IMG/VR virus record: IMGVR_UViG_3300021425_003554
DNA: 64,000 nucleotides
Source: a virus
Lineage: Duplodnaviria; Caudoviricetes
Direction: 5' to 3' (one strand)
Part shown: one piece after another, positions 51,207 to 60,933 of the stretch
How the letters are laid out: every line of letters begins with the position of its first letter
Numbering within the stretch: the first letter of the stretch is position 1
Position numbers and translations under genes: made by a program
Notes under the pieces: generated by a model
Databases searched by the model: none
Seen by the model: the letters and a program-made list of their open reading frames with translations, nothing else
What the model was told of the DNA's origin: nothing

Positions 51207-51357
51207 ATGACTTAATTTTCATTTTCTGTGTGTTTAACGGAAAAAAAATACACTCCATACAAACACAAAACCAAATCTGGTAGTTTTATTCATAATTTTG
51301 TGTTCTAAATAATTGCAAGGTTCACCTAGGTGAATCTATAATCAAAGGAGGTCCAAT

Positions 51358-51591
51358 ATGGATTATCTAAAGACTATAAAGGATTGGGCAAAAGGAATTG
51401 CCGACGTGGGAGTGAGTTTGATCGCGTTGGGAATTGTTTTAGAAATCCTTTTCAACGGTCAAGGTATTCCGTTCTGGCCGAATGTTTCTGTAATAGGAAA
51501 CGTCCAGGGCGTACTGCAAGGCTTCTCTGATCAAGGATTGATTGGATTGGTGGCAGTTTGGATTTTATATCACATCTATAATAGAAAGTAA
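51358..51591 (+). CDS. small two-helix membrane protein (hypothetical)
   Basis: AAGGAGG SD; hydrophobic segments VSLIALGIVLEILF and LIGLVAVWILYHIY. Confidence 0.8.
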   Translation: MDYLKTIKDWAKGIADVGVSLIALGIVLEILFNGQGIPFWPNVSVIGNVQGVLQGFSDQGLIGLVAVWILYHIYNRK

Positions 51592-51685
51592 ACTATAGAA
51601 ATCATATAACAATCTAGTAATACGAAACCTCATTGTGTGGTGTGACTATACAACTACACCACACAACAAATACAGGAGTGGAAAA

Positions 51686-51793
51686 ATGAAAGAACTGTTA
51701 AAAGACAAAAAAACATGGATAGCAATAGCGATCATTGTTGTCATCGCATGGTCGGTTTGGTCTGGACAACCAACACCGGAAGTTACACAATAA
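51686..51793 (+). CDS. 35-aa single-TM peptide (hypothetical)
   Basis: AGGAG SD; MKELLKDKKTWIAIAIIVVIAWSVWSGQPTPEVTQ; below ORF-track cutoff. Confidence 0.65.
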   Translation: MKELLKDKKTWIAIAIIVVIAWSVWSGQPTPEVTQ

Positions 51794-51803
51794 TCAAAAA
51801 ACA

Positions 51804-51830
51804 AGGGCGGTGGAGACATCGCCCTTTTTT
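51804..51830 (+). terminator. intrinsic terminator
   Basis: AGGGCGGTG-GAGA-CATCGCCCT followed by T-run. Confidence 0.85.
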
Positions 51831-51860
51831 ATAAGCATATTTTTAAATTTATAAATTCCA

Positions 51861-51966
51861 TAAATACAGTTAGTTCAAACGTGCTTTTACTCAAGTAGAA
51901 GACTTATGCGGATGACAACCGCGTAGCCAGGAGAACTGGCATTGGACTCCTATAAGGAGAAAAAAA
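51861..51966 (+). promoter_or_regulatory. late promoter (TAAATA) plus structured 5' leader with SD-sequestering hairpin
   Basis: TAAATA 51861-51866; hairpins TGCGG/CCGCG, GCCAG-GAGAA-CTGGC and CTCCT-ATA-AGGAG overlapping the SD. Confidence 0.5.
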
Positions 51967-52395
51967 ATGGGAAGACCTATAAGAAAAGACAAGTTTGTAG
52001 CAAGTTTTGGTGGAGACACATCTGCTAAAATCGCCGTGACGGCCTACAGAACTTTTGGTGGAGCAAAAGTTGACTCCACAACAGCATACATCGTGAACCA
52101 AAGAGGATCTAAAAAATTTAAGATCCACATGGAAGACTCTTCAGAAGCAATCATGCTTTTGAAAGCAGTTGCTCCAGGCTCATTGGCCAACGACAATGCT
52201 ACAGGATACGGTGAATTCTGTGTTCAGATCACATTAGATGACTCAACAGTTGCTTACGTAGAAAAATTCTACAACAACACTGTTCACTATGTGACTACAG
52301 GCGGAGATACAGGATCTGTACCTTACTCGTTAGGAACTGATATTCAAGGTTCTATCGCGGCTGGTAAAGGTAACATCGATATCGTATCTGAGTAA
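51967..52395 (+). CDS. putative virion protein (MGRP-start family), function unknown
   Basis: Strong SD; late promoter; lies between capsid and fibre genes. Confidence 0.7.
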   Translation: MGRPIRKDKFVASFGGDTSAKIAVTAYRTFGGAKVDSTTAYIVNQRGSKKFKIHMEDSSEAIMLLKAVAPGSLANDNATGYGEFCVQITLDDSTVAYVEKFYNNTVHYVTTGGDTGSVPYSLGTDIQGSIAAGKGNIDIVSE

Positions 52396-52415
52396 TAACT
52401 TAGAACACGTGCTTG

Positions 52416-52446
52416 TTTGGGGGAGTTACACGCTCCCCCAAATTTC
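52416..52446 (+). terminator. terminator-like hairpin
   Basis: TTTGGGGGAG / CTCCCCCAAA perfect 10-bp stem after the 142-aa gene. Confidence 0.7.
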
Positions 52447-52447
52447 A

Positions 52448-52455
52448 TATAAATA
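52448..52455 (+). promoter_or_regulatory. T4-type late promoter TATAAATA
   Basis: Exact consensus 7 nt upstream of ATG 52463. Confidence 0.8.
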
Positions 52456-52462
52456 ATAGCAA

Positions 52463-53311
52463 ATGGCAAAGACTTTAAAAACATCAGAGAATTACACAAT
52501 CAAGGCAGGTGCAGGATATAATGCAGGATCCGGCACACACACAATAAGTTTAGATTCTAGATATGTTACAATCACAGGTGACCTCACAGTCGAAGGAACA
52601 AGTACCACTCTAGACACAACCACATTAAACATAGAAGATCCTATCATTAGATTGGCCAAGAATAATACCAACACAACAGACGTCGATTCGGGTATATTGA
52701 TCGAGAGAGGCGTTGATAATAATGCGGCATTCTATTGGAATGAAGGTGATGGTGTGTTCAAAGCAGTGACAACCACCTCTGATGGCACAGGAATATCAAT
52801 CACAGACACAGGATTAGCGAACATCAGAGTTGCAGAACCATTGAATAGTTCGGATGCGGCAACAAGAAATTATGTGGACAGTCAGTTAGTCAGTGGAGGA
52901 TTTTCAATAGGATTTAGGGGTGACGATTCTTCTGTGGTAAGTGTATTATCGGGAAATAGTGTATTGATAGCAGGTGATGCCAACATATCAACAGCGGCCA
53001 CTGAAGAAGACACAGTGAACGTGACTTTACACAACGATCTAACAAATATCACATCTATCACATCGGATTCATCTAATGGTAACTTGACTTTGATTGCCAA
53101 TGGAACAGGAGAAATTGTAATCAACGATGTACTAACGTTTTCAAATGCGGCATCCACTCCAACAGCAACCACGATCACCAAACTGTACAACAAGACAGCG
53201 GCAGGTGGAGGCACAGGATTATACTTTATTAACTCAAACATCAGTTCTGGAACAGAAGGAGAATTGATAAGTAAAAAGAAAGCAACGGCTTTGGCCATTG
53301 CGTTAGGATAA
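52463..53311 (+). CDS. fibre-like virion structural protein
   Basis: ITGDLTVEGTSTTLD..IEDPII..DSGILIERG..FYWNE module, shared with other fibre genes; DAATRNYVD. Confidence 0.75.
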   Translation: MAKTLKTSENYTIKAGAGYNAGSGTHTISLDSRYVTITGDLTVEGTSTTLDTTTLNIEDPIIRLAKNNTNTTDVDSGILIERGVDNNAAFYWNEGDGVFKAVTTTSDGTGISITDTGLANIRVAEPLNSSDAATRNYVDSQLVSGGFSIGFRGDDSSVVSVLSGNSVLIAGDANISTAATEEDTVNVTLHNDLTNITSITSDSSNGNLTLIANGTGEIVINDVLTFSNAASTPTATTITKLYNKTAAGGGTGLYFINSNISSGTEGELISKKKATALAIALG

Positions 53312-53314
53312 AAT

Positions 53315-53629
53315 ATGGCGATTACAAATTTTCAAGTTACAGCAAACACTTCAAGTGCCGCTTTCACGGCCGCGGCCGACACTGCTGTGACAGTAATTTA
53401 TATCACTAACAAAACATCTTCTCAAGGAACAGTAAACATATACTTGGTTCCATCGGGCCAGTCAGTTTCAGAAAATTATAAATTATATAACAACCTCACT
53501 ATTAATAGTGAGGATACCTATATCATAGATACTGAAAAATTAATTTTAGAATCCGGAGACAGAATTTATATTGAAGCACCGGATTCTGCGGCACAATTCA
53601 ACGCAACAATCTCAACAATAGGTTTATAA
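53315..53629 (+). CDS. small beta-sandwich virion protein
   Basis: VIYITN..VNIYLVP..KLILESGDRI pattern; in structural operon. Confidence 0.7.
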   Translation: MAITNFQVTANTSSAAFTAAADTAVTVIYITNKTSSQGTVNIYLVPSGQSVSENYKLYNNLTINSEDTYIIDTEKLILESGDRIYIEAPDSAAQFNATISTIGL

Positions 53630-53633
53630 TCTC

Positions 53634-54047
53634 ATGGGTAGACACATTAAATATCCTGAAATCGAAGGAGTGGCACAATCTATTCAAATTCCAACAGGAA
53701 CAACGGCCGAACAACCAGTAAATCCAGAAGAAGGAATGATTCGTTACAACACCACTTTGAATATGTTAGAATTTTACAACGGTGTGACATTTGTCCAACT
53801 GCAAGGAGGATCGGGCGGAGCGTCTACCATCACACGAGATGCTTTTACAATGGATGGATCCACATTATCATATGGACCGTTGACATTCGAACCCAAAGCA
53901 GATCAAAACGTTTTGGTTTTCATAGAGGGTGTTTTCCAAAAAGACGACACCTATTCCATATCGGGAACAACAATCACTTTAAGTTCTACATTACCGGGAG
54001 ACGGTGGAAAAACACTTTCTGTTATACACGGATTTGATACAGTTTAA
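53634..54047 (+). CDS. virion structural protein (IPTGTTAxxP..GMIRYNT plus DGST module)
   Basis: Modules shared with 58887..59936 and 60934..63054. Confidence 0.75.
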   Translation: MGRHIKYPEIEGVAQSIQIPTGTTAEQPVNPEEGMIRYNTTLNMLEFYNGVTFVQLQGGSGGASTITRDAFTMDGSTLSYGPLTFEPKADQNVLVFIEGVFQKDDTYSISGTTITLSSTLPGDGGKTLSVIHGFDTV

Positions 54048-54958
54048 TCTATAGAAACAAAAGGTCGCCACGTACCTGGTGAACCTTGTTTGATACATAC
54101 CCAACCCAATACCGAACCACGTCCCGGCTGACTGTTCCACACAATATCTCCCTGTGCCCATGTGCCGGCATTTGGTATAGAATTTAGATATTGTTGAGTT
54201 TGTCCTTGATATCTTATATAGCCTGCAACGTCTAAATCTGCTTTTGGTTTTTTAATTTTTATCCCTACCTTGTTATCAGGACTGATGTACAATGTCGGAT
54301 CTCCACTGGAGCCTATCGCAAAAGGGTCACTGTTGACAGTGCCCACATAACCAGTGTCACCCTTTGCATCGATCGACACCTCTATGCCATTACTTGCAAC
54401 CCCAAAAGGTCCGATAGGTTCAATTACGTTGACTCCAACTTTGTTTTTAAAGATGGTCAATGTGTTGGCAACATTTAATTCATTTAATACACCCAGTTCG
54501 GTCAGTTTGGATTTTTTTACAGCATTTCCTAATCTGTCTGCCCACAAAACTTCTGTGCCATTTATCCTGACGCTGTTATCAACTTCAAGATCATTGCACT
54601 TGGCTTTATTATACAACAACTGTTTTACTTGTATGGTGCCGTTGACATGAAGATTTTTCTCGACCACCACTTTGTCTTTTTCAACAGTCAACATGGTGTT
54701 GGGTGCCGTGTCCTTGATTCCAGTTGATGAAAACTTGGAAATCTTTCCTCCAGATATTTTATCTCCTGATATTTCCCCGTTTTCAAAATTGTTGTTTCGT
54801 GACGACAATTTTTCCACCAGTTCATTTAGTTTTTTTTCTGCCCATTTCAATTTTTCAGAAATACTATAATTCTCACTTGCCAATCTAGTGTAATACGATT
54901 TTGTGGCTTTTTGAACTTTTTCTTCAACCAACTGTTTTATGCTGTCTTCAATGCTCAT
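54044..54958 (-). CDS. fibre-like protein, opposite orientation
   Basis: N-terminal coiled coil; beta-strand shaft; C-terminal WAQGDIVWNSQP..GWVCIKQGSPGTW motif; own TATAAATA at 54968-54975. Confidence 0.7.
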   Translation of the reverse strand: MSIEDSIKQLVEEKVQKATKSYYTRLASENYSISEKLKWAEKKLNELVEKLSSRNNNFENGEISGDKISGGKISKFSSTGIKDTAPNTMLTVEKDKVVVEKNLHVNGTIQVKQLLYNKAKCNDLEVDNSVRINGTEVLWADRLGNAVKKSKLTELGVLNELNVANTLTIFKNKVGVNVIEPIGPFGVASNGIEVSIDAKGDTGYVGTVNSDPFAIGSSGDPTLYISPDNKVGIKIKKPKADLDVAGYIRYQGQTQQYLNSIPNAGTWAQGDIVWNSQPGRGSVLGWVCIKQGSPGTWRPFVSID

Positions 54959-55063
54959 ATATAGAGTTATTTATAGTAGCATATAACGTAGTGTACATGA
55001 ATTAAATTAACTATTGATTTAAAAACTATATTTAGAATAAATATACTCGTAGTAGGATAAAAA

Positions 55064-58000
55064 ATGGCAATACAACGAATACCTGGCAATATGTTAGAAT
55101 CTAACCTCGTTAGAGAAGGGGTAGATTTAGCATTTCAAACCAATTTACTATATTTAGATGTCAACAACAATCGATTAGGTGTTGGCACAGACTCACCGGG
55201 ATACACGCTTGACGTTAATGGACTAGCAAATTTTAGAAATAATGTTTCCATAAACGGTGATTTAACAGTTGTAGGTACCACGACCACAGTAGATTCACAA
55301 AATTTAGTTGTTGAAGATAATCTATTGGTTATAAATTCCAACAATTCCGCGGCAACCGATGCTGGTATAATGATCAACAGAGGTGGAGCAAGTGATCCGG
55401 CAGTTCTGTACTGGGATGAATCATTGGATGTTTTCCGAGTGGGAACAACCACATCGGATGGATCTACCAGACAAGATTTAACTGGAGTAACTCTAGCAAA
55501 AATACAGGCGGCCGATCCTGTGGGAGATGACGACCTAGTCACCAAAAGATATTTTACCGCAAATGCATCATCGATAGCAGATGGTCAGTCACTGGCTCTG
55601 GGAACACCCGGTGATTTCAACGATCTAAATTCCAACACAGTAGAAACATCATTCACTGATGGAGCATACACACAGATTGGCTCTGCCGACAGCGTCACTG
55701 AAGCGATCGCGGCTCTCAATGAAACAATGGAAAATATTCGTGAAGGCACCTATGTACAAACAGTAGACTTTACAGCAGATGTTACCACAGGATCAGCAGG
55801 TCTAGTGGTCACACTCACAATCACTCATGTGGGAGGCGGTGCAGATAGATACAACATTGATTGGGGAGACGGCAACGTGACCACAGCAACAACTGATTCT
55901 ACACCAAGTCATACCTATTCATCAAACGTGGGATCACCTTTTGATGTGACTGTGAGAGCATATGCCAGCGGTGCTGTGACAAACTCCGCGGGATCGTTTG
56001 CCACAAAAATAAGAACAGGATACATTATTATCTATACCGCGGCTCCGGCAACAAACTTTTTCATATATGCGGCATCGTCCGGTGGATCAGCGATCACTAA
56101 ATCAGATAGTGGATCAACTGTGTACCTAGAAAACACAACAACAAATACAACCAGTGCCACAGTCACTTATGAAGTCGATTGGGGAGATGGAAATTCAGAA
56201 ACTATCGCTTCAGACTCTGCGGCGGGCGGTGTTTCGGGATCAAGACTATCACACACTTATACAAACTCCGCGGCGGATGACGGAAGCACAGTGGCAGGTA
56301 CAGGAGCAGGTGATACTCGTTACAGAATAAGATTAACTCTATTGACACACTCAACAGCCGATCCGGCAGAGATACCAAAATCAACGGACAAGAATTTTGA
56401 CGTTTACTCAACACACACACCAAAAATTGACATAGCCGATTCCACACTGAGAGGTATCAACGAAGAATCCACTAGTGGTTTTCCGGTCACGTTCATCAAT
56501 GGCACAGACACCGATCCGGGATCACAATCTGTGTTTACTTCAAACATATACTCGTGGGATTTTGGTGAAGGTGCATCAGCAACCAATGTCAATGTTGGTT
56601 CTGGTGGTACGGGTGACACAGGACAGACCATCGCTAACACATTTAATTTGAGCTCCGGAGAGCAATCAGCAGGAACAACACAAACTTATGATGTACAATT
56701 AAGTTTGGCCACAGGACATTCAACAACACCTTTCCAATCAGCAATCACACAGATCGTTGTGGAACCAGATGTTAGAGCAAACATAGCCGCTACCGCGGTG
56801 ACTGTTTCAACTGGATCCGGAGACAATCAATACACATTGTACGACACAACAGATCTAGACGGCAATGTGAGATCGTTAACAAGATTTACAAATACATCAC
56901 AGAATGCTGATGATTATGATTATGATTATTTTGATGACTCAACAGACATAGTTAATATAACAGAGGACGGATCGTCGGCAGGAACCATCGCGGCCACAAT
57001 AGATAAAGATTTCACAGGAACAGGTGCTGGAGCGTTCACAACAAGATTCCGAGCACACGGCACCCCCGATACCATAGAACAGGACGACGAAGAAACTATA
57101 AATTGGACAATGAAATCAACACCGGCGGCTCCGGCGGACCTAACCACAAAATCAATCACGTTGGTTGATTCCGTACAGGGAACTTCACCAAAACTGTGTG
57201 CTGGGTTTGATGACAACACATCATCATTCACTTCACAATCGGCGGGTGATTCGTTGAACACAACCACTGCGAGAAGATACACAACCACGACCACAATTGA
57301 CACATCAGTGGCGAGCAATTTCTACAACGGGGCATCGGGCACACTGTCAGCGGCAATCAATGCTTCAGCAGATGGAAGCAAAGCATTCACAACGGCAGAA
57401 GGTGAGACCGGCACATTCACAAGTTTAGTTGTGACATCTAATGTGGACTATGACACTGTGGATAGCACATATCCTCAGAGATTGTTTCTGGTTGCTTCAG
57501 CAAAAATCACAAAAAATTTATCAGGTTACACAGTGGGTTCAAATGCTCAAAGATTGGAACACACAGCAACAGGAAATACCAACCTAGTTTATGTGGTTCG
57601 AGATGACATCACAGCAACCCCTACAACAACAATCGGTACAGTGGCAGAAGGTACAGCCGGTACGTACGAGTATATTTCTGGAATTCCTTATTATGATTCG
57701 GGTTCACCAACTTTAACGGTGACCGGTACCACAGTATCAAACTTCACAGGACAGGCATACGCAGACATTTCCGATCCACACGAAATTGATCCGGGCACTG
57801 TGTCCGAGGGTTCTGGTTCCATTATTTCTAATTTAAATTTCACATATGCCAATGTAGATGGATCAAGTACTATGTTGACAGGAGGCATACCGAATGTGGA
57901 CACAGGAGTAGCATCTCCTTACACATTGGGCACATTAACAGCACCATTAACAAGTTCATCAATGTTCTCTGTTTCTACTATCAAAGCAAGATCCGCCAAC

Positions 58001-58735
58001 TGTAACGGCGATGGCGCTTACTCAGAGGACTCAACAATGATACAAGTTTTCACAGCAACACCGGGAGGTCTAAACAAAGATCAGGGTGGTATCCTCGTCA
58101 GTGACTCTTTAGGAGCAACACACGACGACGATGCTGTGCGAATAAGCGGATTGGGTTCCGCTTCGGACACACCGTCCTTCTCAAATGCCGACTACTACAC
58201 AAATAATGCATGGACCGGTGCAGTGACCGTGGCAGGAACCCAAGAAGCGATAGTTCGACCAACAAGTACCAGTACTGGTACAATACAGCACGATACCACA
58301 AATTACAGTTCTGGGTACCTACCTGCGGGACCTGACAAGTCATCAGACACAGGTGCACAATACTACACGTTTGCTTTCAGACGAGCATCAATGGCCAACT
58401 TCAATGTGACACTGACAGGCACTGTTTCGGGTTTCTACATAGCGGCTCCGGGCACAGCGATCGATTCGGCATCAACACTGAATGGTTGGTTGGACGCATC
58501 GGTGGCGTATGGTGGTTCGGGAGTTCCGGGAGCGAACACAGGTGCAGGTGGTAACGGATCCAACGGATGTGCATTCACATCTGGAGATAGAATTTTAGAT
58601 GGTGTGAGTTATTCTTCACAATCATTTACTTTGACATTGGGTGCAGAAAATGGATCAAATGCAACAGGAAATAATATATTAGTAAGAATAAAATTAGAAT
58701 CAGGAGACAGTGTGACAGCACTGAGCATAAGTTAA
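55064..58735 (+). CDS. large Thr/Ser/Gly-rich virion protein with PKD/Ig-like domains
   Basis: YNIDWGDG, YEVDWGDG, YSWDFGEG PKD motifs; N-terminus paralogous to 60934..63054. Confidence 0.8.
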   Translation: MAIQRIPGNMLESNLVREGVDLAFQTNLLYLDVNNNRLGVGTDSPGYTLDVNGLANFRNNVSINGDLTVVGTTTTVDSQNLVVEDNLLVINSNNSAATDAGIMINRGGASDPAVLYWDESLDVFRVGTTTSDGSTRQDLTGVTLAKIQAADPVGDDDLVTKRYFTANASSIADGQSLALGTPGDFNDLNSNTVETSFTDGAYTQIGSADSVTEAIAALNETMENIREGTYVQTVDFTADVTTGSAGLVVTLTITHVGGGADRYNIDWGDGNVTTATTDSTPSHTYSSNVGSPFDVTVRAYASGAVTNSAGSFATKIRTGYIIIYTAAPATNFFIYAASSGGSAITKSDSGSTVYLENTTTNTTSATVTYEVDWGDGNSETIASDSAAGGVSGSRLSHTYTNSAADDGSTVAGTGAGDTRYRIRLTLLTHSTADPAEIPKSTDKNFDVYSTHTPKIDIADSTLRGINEESTSGFPVTFINGTDTDPGSQSVFTSNIYSWDFGEGASATNVNVGSGGTGDTGQTIANTFNLSSGEQSAGTTQTYDVQLSLATGHSTTPFQSAITQIVVEPDVRANIAATAVTVSTGSGDNQYTLYDTTDLDGNVRSLTRFTNTSQNADDYDYDYFDDSTDIVNITEDGSSAGTIAATIDKDFTGTGAGAFTTRFRAHGTPDTIEQDDEETINWTMKSTPAAPADLTTKSITLVDSVQGTSPKLCAGFDDNTSSFTSQSAGDSLNTTTARRYTTTTTIDTSVASNFYNGASGTLSAAINASADGSKAFTTAEGETGTFTSLVVTSNVDYDTVDSTYPQRLFLVASAKITKNLSGYTVGSNAQRLEHTATGNTNLVYVVRDDITATPTTTIGTVAEGTAGTYEYISGIPYYDSGSPTLTVTGTTVSNFTGQAYADISDPHEIDPGTVSEGSGSIISNLNFTYANVDGSSTMLTGGIPNVDTGVASPYTLGTLTAPLTSSSMFSVSTIKARSANCNGDGAYSEDSTMIQVFTATPGGLNKDQGGILVSDSLGATHDDDAVRISGLGSASDTPSFSNADYYTNNAWTGAVTVAGTQEAIVRPTSTSTGTIQHDTTNYSSGYLPAGPDKSSDTGAQYYTFAFRRASMANFNVTLTGTVSGFYIAAPGTAIDSASTLNGWLDASVAYGGSGVPGANTGAGGNGSNGCAFTSGDRILDGVSYSSQSFTLTLGAENGSNATGNNILVRIKLESGDSVTALSIS

Positions 58736-58881
58736 TGGCAAAGATGCACAAAAATTTTGAGATGAGAACGGCAAGTTATAAAAAAACTTCTCAGTCAAAA
58801 AGAAAAAGAAGTGTTAAGTTCGGTTCAATGAACAAGCACAAAAAACGTAATTGGAAAATGTATAACGGACAAGGAAAATAA
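58735..58881 (+). CDS. 48-aa highly basic peptide
   Basis: ATG overlaps previous stop; MAKMHKNFEMRTASYKKTSQSKRKRSVKFGSMNKHKKRNWKMYNGQGK; below ORF-track cutoff. Confidence 0.65.
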   Translation: MAKMHKNFEMRTASYKKTSQSKRKRSVKFGSMNKHKKRNWKMYNGQGK

Positions 58882-58886
58882 TAAAA

Positions 58887-59936
58887 ATGGCAATAACCGA
58901 CGCAAAAAAAGTTGATTATCTTTGGAAGAAGATTGGTTACGGTGTAACCAAAACAGATACCAATGCCAACAAAAAAGCACCAAACGAATCTATTGCTTCT
59001 CCTTTACTGTTAAGAGGTGATAAAACATGGAACCAGGCGTCATCGATACCGGGAGTTATGCCGGTGTCATCATCGGGAGTTGTCACAGTATATACAACGT
59101 CAGCACCAACAGAATGTGCAGTGGACAATACCACAGCAGAAGCCAACAGGACATGGAAAACAAATTTGACTGATTGGATCCCACCGGAATTTGGATCCAC
59201 ATATCAAGTAAAAGTTTACATCCATACATCCGGCGATGCGGGCAATGCCGCGGCATCGGGCACACAGGTGTTCGCCACAGGATCAGGCAACAACGACGAA
59301 TGGTTCTTTGACTATCAGTCAGGAGTGATACACTTTATTGGATCCAACCTACCCAACGGTGTAGATTTTACAGGAAAATCAGTCTACATTTCCGGCGGTA
59401 GGTACACAGGACAGATTGGTTTGCAAAACCTAAGTGTTGGAGGAAGTGCAGATACCGGTAATTTCACATTCACAGGATCAACCATAAATCAAGATACAAC
59501 CAATGCCGATTTTACTTTAGATACTTCGGGCACAGGTAACTTTGTTTTCAATTCCGAAAGTGCGATAGTTGTTCCCACAGGTACCACTGCCCAAAGACCA
59601 ACGGCACAAGAAGGTATCATAAGATTCAACAACGAAACCGGAAAGTACGAAGTTTCGGAAGATGGTAGCACATGGACCAACCTTAGAACATCCACAGAAG
59701 CCGCAAACATAACCAAAGATGTTTTCACTGGTGATGGTAGCACCACTCAATTCACTATGAGTGTCATACCAACCGATGAAAAAAATGTTATAGTTTATGT
59801 TGACGGAGTGATGCAAGAACCAAACACCAATTACACTATATCAGGAACTACTCTATCATTCACAGGTGGAGATTCAGTAATCGAAGCACCCCACAATGAT
59901 GCAAGGATTGTGATCATGCACGGGTTTGCTGACTAA
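58887..59936 (+). CDS. virion structural protein
   Basis: KVDYLWKK N-terminus; EWFFDYQSGVIHF; C-terminal VPTGTTAQRP and FTGDGSTTQF..VYVDGVMQEP modules. Confidence 0.75.
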   Translation: MAITDAKKVDYLWKKIGYGVTKTDTNANKKAPNESIASPLLLRGDKTWNQASSIPGVMPVSSSGVVTVYTTSAPTECAVDNTTAEANRTWKTNLTDWIPPEFGSTYQVKVYIHTSGDAGNAAASGTQVFATGSGNNDEWFFDYQSGVIHFIGSNLPNGVDFTGKSVYISGGRYTGQIGLQNLSVGGSADTGNFTFTGSTINQDTTNADFTLDTSGTGNFVFNSESAIVVPTGTTAQRPTAQEGIIRFNNETGKYEVSEDGSTWTNLRTSTEAANITKDVFTGDGSTTQFTMSVIPTDEKNVIVYVDGVMQEPNTNYTISGTTLSFTGGDSVIEAPHNDARIVIMHGFAD

Positions 59937-60307
59937 TCTATCACTATTCCGCTGGGTGTATAAACAATATTGTATTTCTTAAAATCTCCTGTGACATAAC
60001 TAACGACTCCCAACTCGGGCACGATCTCCCAATTGAACTCCGGTTGTCTAATTATGAAGTCATAGGTGTCCTGCCCTGATTCAAGCCAAAGGCTCACACC
60101 ATGAAGATTATGATTAGAGTCAATCCTGAATTGTTTCTTCACTATCAACTTACACACATTGTTTAATTTTATCCTAAAATTGTTCATCTGTTGTACGAGG
60201 TCGGGTCTTTCGGCCATTATTTCTAAATTTCTGTTACGGCACACTTCGGGCCACTTGACCACGAGATGATATTTCAGATGTACTTGTTCTTTATTTTTTT
60301 CCGTCAT
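59933..60307 (-). CDS. hypothetical protein
   Basis: 124-aa ORF coupled to upstream minus-strand gene; no recognised motif. Confidence 0.6.
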   Translation of the reverse strand: MTEKNKEQVHLKYHLVVKWPEVCRNRNLEIMAERPDLVQQMNNFRIKLNNVCKLIVKKQFRIDSNHNLHGVSLWLESGQDTYDFIIRQPEFNWEIVPELGVVSYVTGDFKKYNIVYTPSGIVID

Positions 60308-60839
60308 TGGCTATCTCGTCAAACTCTTTGTAATCTATAATAGACATATTTTCATACGAATCAAACAGGAATATCTTGTTGGGATTGGGTTTCCTCACAT
60401 ACACTATTTCCGCATGCGGATTATTGGCCAACACACTGATCAGATTTGCTCTCTCCTCCAGATCCTCTATGTCATAGGCAAACAGATAAATTTTTTTGTA
60501 TTCCAGCCAGACAGCCAACAAAAGTGATAACAACTGCTCGGAACACGAACTAACCGAATCCTTTTGTCCCTTTAAGAAGGGAAAAGTTGGCAACTCGTCC
60601 ACACGATCAAAAAACACATATTTTTTGTGCAATGATGCTGTGGTCAGTATTCTTGTGTCATTTAAAATTTTAGTGTTCAATAGGTCCTGAATCCTGCTGT
60701 CCATGGTCGTAACTGCGTATTGACACTTTGTTAATTTGTTTGTGGATCCGCTAGAAATAATAGCACTTAACGACGCAATTGACTCGTTTTTATAGTCAAA
60801 TGACCTATCTCCTATAACGGATACAACAGTGGAATTCAT
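60291..60839 (-). CDS. divergent MptE/MAF-like protein
   Basis: VSVIGD N-terminal strand and LLSLLLAVWLEYKKIYLFAYD, resembling ALKLACDHGHKQIYILGFD of 46584..47213. Confidence 0.4.
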   Translation of the reverse strand: MNSTVVSVIGDRSFDYKNESIASLSAIISSGSTNKLTKCQYAVTTMDSRIQDLLNTKILNDTRILTTASLHKKYVFFDRVDELPTFPFLKGQKDSVSSCSEQLLSLLLAVWLEYKKIYLFAYDIEDLEERANLISVLANNPHAEIVYVRKPNPNKIFLFDSYENMSIIDYKEFDEIANDGKK

Positions 60840-60933
60840 ATTTGTATATTTTACTATTTAACTGGTTAAAAATCAAGATCTTTAATAAATACCTGCGTTA
60901 TAACACAAAAAAACCAAAGTTTGGAGAAATAAA

